Assembly: GCA_964057225.1 (NCBI GenBank)
Contig: OZ059900.1
Location: 6,696,001-6,760,000 of the forward strand
Origin: Auanema rhodensis
Lineage: Eukaryota > Animalia > Nematoda
Reading direction: 5' to 3'
Length of the DNA stretch: 64,000 nt
Each line of letters opens with the position of its first letter. The stretch's first letter is position 1. The translations under genes were made by a program, and so were the position numbers. This document shows, piece by piece, positions 38,701 through 50,739 of the stretch. The notes beneath the pieces are model-generated. The model was not told the DNA's origin and ran no database searches. It saw only the letters and a list, made by a program, of their open reading frames with translations.

Positions 38701-40851
38701 TTAAATATCCCCTCTTTTCAAATGAACCTGGTTCTGCCTACAGCAAACAAGTGACCAAATTGGGAATCAGCATATTCGTGAACTTTTCCTGAGCTGGAAA
38801 TTGAGAAATAACCCCAAACATCACGCGCAGAGCGGAAGTTGAGAGTTTCAACAGATCCAGTAGATGGTCGGAAGAAATCTTTGGGATCCTAAAAAGAGAA
38901 AATTATTAATCATGAATATCTGTTCTTAAAGCAAATATTACAAAAATACTCACTTCAGATGTGATTCTGGCAGCAATACAATGTTTGTCAACAACGGTTC
39001 GAACAAGATCATCTGGAAGAGGAGAATCTTCGTATAGCTGCTCATCTGTAAATTAAAATTTTAAATACACGTAAGCACTAATATTAAATAATACCTTTGT
39101 AGCCATAGAATAATCTAATATCAACAATACGATTGAGTGGAAGACCCATAGCGATTTGGATTTGAATAGCAGGAATATTAATACTGGCAATCATTTCTGT
39201 ACATGGATGCTCTACCTAGAATAATAAAGCTCTATGTTACTAAAGCATAAATTATGATAAACCTGTAATCTAGGATTCAACTCAAGGAAGAAATATTTCT
39301 CCTCCTCTGGTAAATACATATATTCTACCGTTCCAGCGGATTCATAACCAACCAACTTGGCAATCTTTACAGCGTCCTATAAAAAAAATAAATGGATTGT
39401 AAATACTACTAAAGTATACCTCTTGCATACGTCTCAAAACGTCAGGAGGAGCGATACTGGCTGGAGCTTCTTCAATAATTTTTTGGCAACGACGCTGAAT
39501 GGAGCAGTCGCGAGTATAAACCGGGATAACACAGCCATATCTGAATTAGTTCACATTTATTGTCATCAAATATTCTTATGTGCTACCTATCAGCTATTAA
39601 TTGTACTTCTATGTGACGAGCATTTTCTACGCATTTCATTAAGAATATAGGTGATCCTGGGACCTCAGCCTGAACTTGCAAGAAGTTCTCACGGAAATCG
39701 GCTTCATTCTTGCATTTACGAATACCTTTACCTCCACCACCTTCAGAGGCTTTGATCTAAAAGAGATATCATCAAATATACAGCCTATCAATCTCTGAAT
39801 ATAGCCGACTTACCATCAAAGGATATCCGATCTTATTGACCTCGAGCGAGCGAAGACCTTCATTTAGATCAGAAACTGTGGCCAAGTTGAATAACTGCTG
39901 ACCGACAGTGACTTCACCTTCGACTTCGTCAAGATCGAGCTTTAATCCATTTCCAGACCATTCAATTGTTGGAATGTCAAGAGTCTGAAAAAAATAAGAC
40001 TCAATCAAGTAAGAACATATTAGAAGTTTCAAAATCAAATTTCAAAGTTTTTGTTATTTTCCAATTTTGTTTAGTAGAAATTGAAAGAATAAACATACTT
40101 GAGCAATAATAGTACTAGCAATTTTGTCTCCTAAAGAAAACATGGCACTTGCGGGAGGACCAATAAAACAAATGCCATTTTCAGCCAATCGCCGTGGCAA
40201 TTCGGGATTCTCGGAAGCATGACCCCATCCAGCCCAGACAGCATCAACCTGGATACAGAAAAATAAAAACTTTTTCACACATTTATATTACCTTCTCAGA
40301 TATGGCATGCGAAACAATTTCATCCACATTGGCATAATTATTCTTATTATCTCCAGCTGGAGCTATGACAATGTGATCAGCCATCTTGAGATATTCGGCA
40401 TTAGAAGCAATTTCTTGTTCAGTGGTCAAGCAGATAAATTTAATAATATGATCTTGACGGAAATGTTGCATAAGGAAAGCACGCATAGACCAGATGCACT
40501 TAACGGCAGCGATACCATTTGTGGATACCAAAATCTAAAAACGAAATCATCAATAAACATAAGGATTTTTTGAATTGCAGACGACTGACATGAAAACAAA
40601 TTATTTACCTTTTTAATAACTCTGCGTTTAGATAATTCAATGACATGGTCCTCCACAAAGTTTTCCACTGTTTGCCAAGTTTTGTCACCTTGGTTGAGCA
40701 TGTTCTGAACAATGATAACAACATTTTATTTGAAGATAAAAGTACATACTCTGCGTGAGCCTTGATGGTAACGTTGACTCATATGAATGATGCGGATATC
40801 ACCACGAGCTCCAGCGGAGCTGGCTGCTGTTACCGCATTTCCGGTTGACAT
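32727..40851 (-). CDS. pod-2: Acetyl-CoA carboxylase (BC, BCCP, central and CT domains; >20 exons)
   Basis: Biotin carboxylase motifs [50 protein letters not shown] and [12 protein letters not shown]; BCCP ESMKL; CT motifs [47 protein letters not shown] and GELRGGAW; stop TAA at 32729-32727. The start codon is uncertain (40851 vs 40701). ACC identity is firm; the paralogue name is less so. Confidence 0.93.
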
Positions 40852-43800
40852 CGTTCAAAGTGTATATTCTATATAACGGTTAATAATCGTCCTTCAAGCC
40901 AACCGGTCGAGCTATGTGCTGCTGTCAAAGAGAGCAAGCACTCTCGTCTCTAAATTTGAAAAATCATGAATTACCATTGACATAATAAAATTAAGTTATA
41001 AGCTATTAATTAATAGTTACTTAGAATAAACTACAGCAACACAATAAAAACAATTTTAAAAAGTTATCCGGGATTGTGACAGTTCAACTCTGTGCATCAC
41101 GATATGATATGATGAGCAGGGTATCGAAAAATAACTGCGATCATGAAAACCACAAGAATACTAGATGAGACCTTACAACCAAGGCGTCTCGTAGTATATG
41201 TCCAGGACAATCGCGCATGGCAGAACTGTGACAAGTGAGAGCGCAGAAGAGACAGACAACAAAAAAAGATAAGACATGGAGAGTTCGCTTACAGCCCAAG
41301 GTCGCAGGAAGATTTCTATCTCGAGACCTACTGACTATACAAATGGTGAACTTACTCCTCCCCCTCTTCCTTATGGAAAGATGGCCTGATGACAAGCCAA
41401 GTAGATTAAAAGAAAACTAAGAAATAGACAAGACTGGAAAGATTAACACTAAAAGGGAAAAGACTATACAAGCGAAAGAGAATTCAAAAAAAAGTGAGAG
41501 ATACAATATGATTGCCAACTGAGGGTACAGAGGGCACCCAGTGTGAATGATAAAATTGAAGTAAAACGAAAGAAGAAATGGTCGTTAAAACTTGAAGATA
41601 TCATTTGCTAATATTAATAGCAATACATATGATTTGATATGCAATGGCAATTCAAAAGACCTATATTAAGATGCTAACTCAGCGAGAAAGGCAAAGTGAA
41701 GCAATACTGACTGAGAGGTCCTGTAATTTTATCAAGCGTATTCCAAATAAAAAAGATTATAATCAAAACTCGGATCGTGTCACGCATCAGCACACTATCA
41801 GGTGATAATGTGAGGGCTCTGCACCTATCAATCTTTTCTACACCATAAGTTTGGAAGTCACAATGTTGATGTCTTTTTTGCTCAATCATAGTAAAAGCCA
41901 AGATTTCTGTTGTCCATTATCATGGCAAGTAATTTTCAAAATCGCGAGATAATAGGGTTAATAACACAAGTTGTTGTCATTCTCTTTGCTAACTCTGATA
42001 ACCAGTGAAAAATGCACGACTTGCTGTGCAATCATGTGATGTGCTTTTTGATACGAAAAGTGTGCAATTGGAACGCAGAGAAAAATGAACAACTATAGAA
42101 TACAACGTCATGTATGAGTTCACTACGATCAAAGGTAACTACTATGTAATTTGGATTCTGGTGTTCTTATTCTTTTCAAAAAAACAACAAATTGGAGTTG
42201 AATACAATGTATGCTTATTAAGAAAAAAACCGTTGCCAACTATTACTCATGGAATAATTTAAGCATTTGGTAAATGATTAAAGTCCTTAAAATTAGAATA
42301 AGAACTAGTGATGACGAAAAATACAAAAGAAAGATGGAAAATGTTGATTAAAGTTGTTTTTCTTCTTGTTTACAATCTCAAATACAACGACAGTTTCAGA
42401 CAGGCATTGTTATATCATAAGTATTACGAGAAACTACTTGTTAGTGTTCAGACATAATCGACATGTCTTGACCTATAGAAGTCAACCAATAAGTTTTGAA
42501 CATCTGTGGTATCAAGATGAAAAAAGCAGAGATGCAAGAAAGAGGAAGTGAACTGTGTTTATTGAAAACAGAAAAAAAAATTCTAACAAGAAGATCAAAT
42601 GAGAAAAAATTATCTTCACTTTCCATCCAGTATGCGCATTTTAACTTTTTCATTTGAAAGGTTAAGGATTCAAGTCCAATTTGTAGTACAGATCAAAAAG
42701 ATGAAATCCCGATATATTCATAAAAGATGGATTACAAATTGAAATGATAGAGAATAAAAACCATTTAGACAGTAAGGCAATGCTTACATTTCGGAAAGAA
42801 TGCAACTAGGGACAATTATAATAATTGCTTATAATCTCGTTTCAAAACAAGTAAATGGCCAGATCAAGATTTTCAGCATCAGGTTTTAAGCACATTCATC
42901 GTAATCTGATGTCTGAAGATGAGATTCAAGCACGAAAAGCAAAATTCACTGTTAGAGTTACTTAGTTAAACACTGTATGCAAGGCAAAAAGGAAGCAAAA
43001 AAAATGTAAATTCAGCGATTTATTCGGCTGGTTCAGCAGCGATAGGAAAACAAAGAGCGATACCATGGCCTTATCAGCAGTATACACCTAATTGAATGTT
43101 TAATTGATGGGAAAAAGATTAACGACATATACACAAAGAAAAAATAATTGAGAAGTTGTGAAATCCATTCAAAAAAAATGTTCGAGAAAATGATTCATTC
43201 CTGTTCTGTCTTAATCACAATTCTATTCAGGTCATTCTGAATAGGTTTTCATTCTCAGTAACTAATTAGCCTCTCCAGTTAGTGCATGTTTGCACGGTTC
43301 CAGTCTATGGCTTCTTGTTGTTAGAGGTAAGAAGAAGCAAGCAGAAATATTTGTGAAACGAGAACAGATAGATGGATGGTATAGAATCAATTAGAATTGC
43401 TAATTACATTTCGTAGACATTGGCTTCAAGAAACAAAAAAATCTACTAAAAAAACACACACATAGAAATAATGAGATTAAGAAAAATATATATGCGACCA
43501 AACTTTTTTGTTGCACGAAATGGCACACTTTTTTTCAAGTGCACAAAAAAATGACAAATTGGTAGTTGTACACCTCAAACGTCATCGCTGCAGATGGTTA
43601 CAATCGCACGATATCTGGTCGCATACAATGTGGCAAACAAACAACATGCGAGTAATTTAAGTAATAATACAATTAATAAGTAACTTAATGAAAATAGTTT
43701 GTTTAAACAGATTTGATAAAAAAAACTTCTTATATTATATGATACTAAAGAAAAAAAGATTGATGTAGATTCATTCATATATTTCAAGAAAATAGAACGT

Positions 43801-46800
43801 GAATTGCATCAGTATAGTAATTCAATATTAAAAAAGTTGTTAAGGCTAAAAAACAAAAAAAAAAAAACTGTTTTAGTTTTTTTAGGTAAATTACTTAATT
43901 AATTGATTAATTAAAGGTCTAAAATATTAATTATTAAAAAAACTGGTCCATATTAGCATAATTAGGATATAAATATCATGTCATTGTTATCAAAAGCTTA
44001 GTTATTCATTGTTTTTCTTTGATTAAAATTTTACATTATTTTTCGATAAGAGAAAAAATTATTGAATTAAAGAACTATTATGATTATTTTACTTCTATAC
44101 AAATAGAAGTCTGCCGTTATATAGAGCATTTACAAAACAAGTGATCTAATCATTTGAAGATGGATTGAAGCAGGTAAGCAGAAAACAATCTATATTAAGA
44201 AATATAAACATATTGTGCAAAATTAAAAAAATTCTACAAATAAATGTAAATTATTAACATTCCTATCATGCAACTAAGAGGGTTATGGAAAATGAGCTGT
44301 CATTTATATTGGCTCCATGAGTTCGCCTGACTATCTCGTGAGGCCATGTACCGCATGTCTGCTCATACTATATCGAAGATCTCGATATGGCGTGATTTCG
44401 CAGACATAAGCACCACACTTTCATCAGCTAGACAACGATAAAGAGACGGGGGTCATTAAAAATTGTCGGAGCAGAAATGGGAAAAAGAAAAAAATGAGAG
44501 AATATATAGAAATGCATGAAATGGTCTGATTTGGTGGGATGCTGCGAAAGGGGCAAAACTAATGTCGTGATCATATTAATTGGTGAAGCTCTGTTCATAT
44601 TTATATTCAGAGACATTATAGGGATTATTCAAAACAAAACATCATTCGTATGAAAAGACATACATTAATTTATAGCATGTTTTTCATTTTTCAACAAATT
44701 TTATGGACCACAATCGATATCAAGATTTTCGACTTTTTTTTCTCAATGCATCAAAATACAATGAACTAAATAAAACACATTCAATATATCCCTGCTGTGC
44801 AACAGTCTGGCTATAGTGAGAAAGATACGGCCAATGGTCAACGATTCATAGTTCTATTCATTCTTCAAAAGATTTTCAATTTGAGCTACTTATGTAAGGA
44901 AAATCCGTTGGTATCGCAACGAGGCTAATCATTTCATGTGATGTATGCTTAGTCTATTCAGAGAAAAAAAAACTATTCAAAATATTACCGCTTTTTTATG
45001 GTAAAAAAATTGTTAGTATGATACATAACTTGAGATAATCGGCTTATATTATATTCTTATCAGTAGTATTATTTTCTATATGACATTACGAGCAAAGAGG
45101 TAAAAAGAAAGAAACATATTCACGTGCTCATCTCATGAATTTCTCAATTAATGATGACCTTGTCTTTTGATTGCAGAACAAAAAATAATCAGCTCATTTT
45201 GTTTGTATAGATAGTGTGAAAAGGTAAAACTGATGCAAGATATATTAAAAGAATCAAAAGATTATGGAATATTTTTATACAATAAAGAATTGAAACCTGC
45301 AATTGTGTCAAAATAAAATGAATATATAGACAGTAAACTTATTATTGTTTTATATACTCCTTAACTCTCTTCCCAAAAAAAATAACTACTAATAATAAAT
45401 ATTGAAAGGCCGGTTAATTGAACAGACAACAAGGATGTGAAAAATGCAAGATAATGATTGAAAATAGAAAAAGATGAAGAAAAAGGATATTTGAACTAAA
45501 CACAGCCAAATTTGTATGTTTGTATACAACGACAATGAAAACGTATTGTACCAAAGATCACAACTGCCCACAAGATGGGTACATTGGTAGGTATAGTGTT
45601 AGATTGCGATATAATAATGCAGAGAAAATAGTATGAATTCAAGAAACGGGAACAGAGATAGAGCAATCTGAGGGAATTATTATTCAAATGTGAAAATGTG
45701 GAGACAATCAGAGAAAGAAACAACAATTTTTCCATGAAGAAGATATTGACCTTGTCCAGTCACGTACGAGACAGCCAGTTTAGCAGAATGATAATAAGGA
45801 GAAAACTGAGAAGTAAGGAAAGACATATATATCTTTTATTTTTCTTTCTCAAATAGAAAGGCAAGAAAAGATACATATTTTCGTGATGGATCTGATTTGC
45901 ACGTGAGTTGGACTGTGTCAGGTCAGCCACACGAAATCAACGGACAGGTAGGCTTATCGAGATCTAATGCGTGCATTTCCGTAGACGCCAATGATACAAG
46001 ATATTAGGTAAGATCAAGAAAAGTGAGAGAAAAAGATCAATGCAAAAAGAGAAAATGCTAAATAGTATAAGAGACAGAAGATGAGAACATATACTGACAT
46101 GAGGAGAGATAAATATACGTAAAGGTGTAGGGGTCAGAATATAGTTCGATTGTCGTCATCAGCGGACATTTTGTGTCAAGGCCGAATGGCAGAGACAGCA
46201 ATTCACCGGAATTCAGAACGAAGAGAAAAGAGGCAACATTCAGCAATGGTCGAGGTGAGGATGAGCAAGTGAAAGAGACAGTCATATAGAATAGATTAGA
46301 TAGATGTAGAAAAGAATTTAGATTTGCGCGAAACCGAGGAAAGATAATAGAAAAAGGGGCATTAAGCAAAAAGAAAAACGCAAATGTCCAGAATGATGAA
46401 AAAGAAGACAGTGACAAGAGACCGGCTATACATGCGATTGAGCATTAAGATGTTATTCTATTCTTCTTATGTTTTTTATCACAAAATTCAAAGAAAAACT
46501 GTTATGCTATAACGCCAACGCATATCCGGTAAATGTTGTAGAATACAACATAGTGGGCGAAATGAAAAACTGATCCGATAGCTGATTAAATTGATTTCTG
46601 GGGGCGAAATTGCATGTATAAGCTTAGATTGTATATTCAACATAAAATCACGACAAAGATTACTACATCCAGAATATTGCGTAGGAGTACGAATGATCCG
46701 GAAACATGAAAGTAGTAATGTAATGGGAAAAGCTAAAAAAAAATCAAGAACTATTATAGTATTGGAGAAAACTTGAAAAATGAATTCACGAATTGTTTCG

Positions 46801-49800
46801 AAGATAGAAAAAAAAATTAAAACTGAAAGGATATTAAAGTCAAAATAATTTGTCATTCCAAACAGCCGACCTAAAAAGACAGGGAAACAATAGAAAAGAG
46901 AATTTTTCAACTATCACATTTCTGAAATATATCGGCGTATCATAGAAGGGAATAAAACATCCATCCATCAGGTGAAGGTTCTTCGTCAAATTTTTAAAAT
47001 TATCATGGTGGTTTGAGATGGGATGATGACGAAACATGTAAATAATAGGTTAGTACATGAACTCTTATAAATATTTTTTAAATAAAAAAATCAGAAAACA
47101 TATGATGATGAAGAACGAAAGAATAGTTCGAAGCTGTTCCCTAAAGACCCATATGACCACAATGAGTGAAGGTGATAAATCAGAAAAACAGGTTTACCGA
47201 TGTGGAGTTCAGCATATGAGGAACAGGTAAATGAAATACTTGAACTAAGAGTGCAATCCCAACCTAATTTGAATTTTTTTCTCAAAGCGAGAGTCTTTTT
47301 AGGTTTTAAGAAAAAAAATGTATTTTAATGCCGTAAAAGGATTATTTAATGCTCATGATTAATCATATGATCTGACATAAAGTACATGAGATCAAAGATT
47401 TCAAATTAAGTGATTGAGACTGGTAATTTCAAAAGCATATTAATTTCAAATAAATACTCTTAAGCAAAAAAAACCCAAGTACTGGTCATCTATAGGAAAA
47501 TAACAGATTTATAATATTTGAACGCCCGTTTAATGAACAAGTGAAATAAATAGAAAATTCAAAAAAAACAACGTGATGTTGAATGGATGCGTTAAAGGGA
47601 ATTGGCTTAACTAAGAGAACACGCCTAATTATCTATAGTTGATTATTGGCACAGTTTAAAGTTATTGTCAGTTGTTGATGACGATGACGACACTGATAAT
47701 TAACAGTTTGTACGAAAAGGGGGAGGGTGGGACAGACATCAAGACATAACGTTCGCTCACTCCCTTGTCTATGAAGATTAACAAAAGGCAACAAGAAAAC
47801 AGAATTCCAGAAAAGAAAGGTAGAAAAAACGCCAAAAAAGAGCAAAAAATTGGTGAAGAGAAATATAAATCATAATAGTCAATGATGAGCTCTTGAACGT
47901 GCTAATATATATTTTCATTTGCTCACTTTCTGTTTCGTAAAGAATGGTGTCGAGACTAGATGGCCGATTGGTCGACACGTATAACGACCTTCACAAAATT
48001 CCAAAGTGCGTTGGCTATCGTCTCATCTTATTGCTTTGCGTGAAATGATAGGAAGGACAATCGAAATAATGATATTGATGTCGTTGTTGTATTCGACCGA
48101 CAACGGGCACGATGATCACGTTCGGTACTCTAATTAACCCATAGTCGAAGAAAATTTTTGTTTTTATTAAAAGTGAAAGAAGACACCAGTTAAAAGCAAA
48201 TCTTGCTCGGTTTTCACTTAAGGTTAACGTTGCATATCTGCAAGAACCAATCAATATTGTTAGAGAATTCGGTCATTCTTCGATTTTATTTAAAACTTTC
48301 AATGAATTTGTTGGATATATAAGTGGAATCCTCTTATTTAAACTAAGACATCATCGAAAAAAACTGAGACATAAAAATTGTTTCTTGAATGGAGAATACA
48401 AAGATCAAAGAAAGAAATGATTTGTTATAAATAATTTTTCGAAGAAACATGAAAGAAATATTCAAACAAGATGTAACTCGCATAAGACTCTGCAAATGAT
48501 TAGCAAACTTATTATTGGTTTGTTACTATGATCAGTAGACAAACAAAAGTGTTTCTAGAAATAACCTTGGCATTAGGACAAAAATGGTAAAGTGCAGTCT
48601 TAAACTACGATTGTATATTTGCTATTTCAACTTAATCATGTATATCGTAAAATTGATAAAAACTAAAGTTGAGATATCTACACGTGTTTCCAAGTGTAAA
48701 CGAACCAAAAAAAGTGAGAAAAGTTCTAATGAACCCAAAAGACAGCAAATTATATGCCAATTACAGCAAAAGATTTGTTCTTCTGATAAATTTTCCAAAA
48801 TAAAACATAATTTTAACCTTTTCTTAATTATAAAAAATAAACAGATCTTTATCTATAAAAAGGAAAGTTAAAAGTGAATCATCATTTTTCGCAAAAGAAG
48901 TAAAAAATATTAATATAAATTTATCATTATGTTGTAATTGTAAGTACTAATTAAGCACAGGAAATAGAGAAGATTAAGAATAAAACATTGAGATAACTGA
49001 GAAAACAAAAAGAAAAATGATGACAGAAGCATTATTAAGTGGGTGAGTCTAACTAAATAACAAAATATTTTTATTTAATATTATGAAGAACAATATTTCA
49101 TTTCAGTTACGATATTCTGTTTGAATCGTTCAAGTTTTTTCGAAAATCGAAGAGAAGATATATGATTCATAAAATTCAGTTCTTGAAACAATGAATAGCA
49201 ACAGTTCTTACATCTGCATGTTCCACATGGCTAAGTTCAATCTGGGTTTGTAATGAAACGAATAGAAAAGTCGCAAAAAGTTGAATGAAAAGCCAGCTAT
49301 TGAATCTTTGTTAAAACATGAAATGTGTATTTGGCTTATGATAGAAATCGAAAATTTTTTATACAGCATAGATAAGATGAAAACTGAACAAGGAAGTGTA
49401 TGTACGTTGAATTCAGATATATAATTTATATATAAACATATAAAAAATTCATTCCAGAAACTTATTTATACGTGAAATCTAGTTATGACCAGCTCTATCT
49501 CGTTATTACACTCATCAGAAAAAAGGCTGGAATTGTTTTGATAATTCCTTGTAGTGCAGTGATTGATTATTGGAAGTTATTTTGTTTTCAGAAAGATATG
49601 CAATAAACTCAGTTATAGATCAAAGAAATAAAAAAGAGATAAATATGATAAATTACTCAGATGAAACATATCCAACTTTGAAGGACAAAAAAATGATTGA
49701 TATGCTATTCTATAGAGATTGTTGAGATTAGCAAGCTCATGTTAATGTGGCTAAGAGGAAAAATGGCAGACTTGATGGTTTTAGTTGATGGGTCACTGAG

Positions 49801-50539
49801 ATAAGTGAGAAGTCAGATTTATAGTTAAAAAACAATTTTAAAACAAAATAAAACACAGAATGAATATGAATGAGTTCAAAAAATCACACGATATCAGATT
49901 TTAAAAAACGAATAAGCTAGAGTTTTTTTGTCATGTATATTTTGCTAAGAAAAGTTTGGTGTGACTCTTGGGACAGATAGATTCTTAATCTTTCTTTTTC
50001 AAACATTATGAGAAATGGTTAACACAAAGAGGATGAAATTGAAAAAATGAAAAAAATGAAAAAGAGTGTTGCATCCAAACAAAATGCTTAATTGAACTAT
50101 TTGAATATGTAATTAAACTCAAAGAAGGAGGGGGGGGGTGTCATATTAACAACATAAACTAGGCAAGTAAGTGATTAGTCATCAGAAAACAGAATGTTTC
50201 TTTAATAACTTTAATTTTGTAATATTCATAATTACATTTTTCTCTTTTTGCAACTCTCAAGGACACATATTTTCCATAACAAATGTATTTCATTGTTTCA
50301 ATCTACAAAATATATGTGGACAAGCACATACACTACAATGAAAACAAGAGCTAAGAACATGGTAAGGATACTCTTTTTCTATTGATAGATTACACAATGA
50401 TGTCAGAATCATATGTATTAGTGTTTGTTTTTAATGATAACAAATTAGGATTTTAAGCAAGTTTCTATTTTTGAGTTGTAACATTATTTTTGTAGAATGA
50501 TTGACAATCAGTGTTAATTCCAAAATTAATATAACTCAC

Positions 50540-50739
50540 CTCGACTGTATGCGGATGACAGCCATGCAATGGAAATACTCTGGATGAACGATTGATCCGA
50601 CCAACACAGATCCTGAAGACAGATGACGCAAATGATGTAGTGAAAAATTCGTGGAAAATTCGTTTTGCAGCTTTTTAGCTGATGTGATATTTCAAAAAAT
50701 TGCACTGCTTTTTAAGATTATGTAATATCTTTGTGAAGC
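50540..50739 (-). other. Isolated 200-nt exon, probably a distal 5'UTR exon of the ACC gene
   Basis: Bounded by perfect TTTTCAG| and GAG|GTGAGT sites on the minus strand. The next identifiable gene downstream is ACC, which has an unpaired TTTAG acceptor at 40950. Confidence 0.5.
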
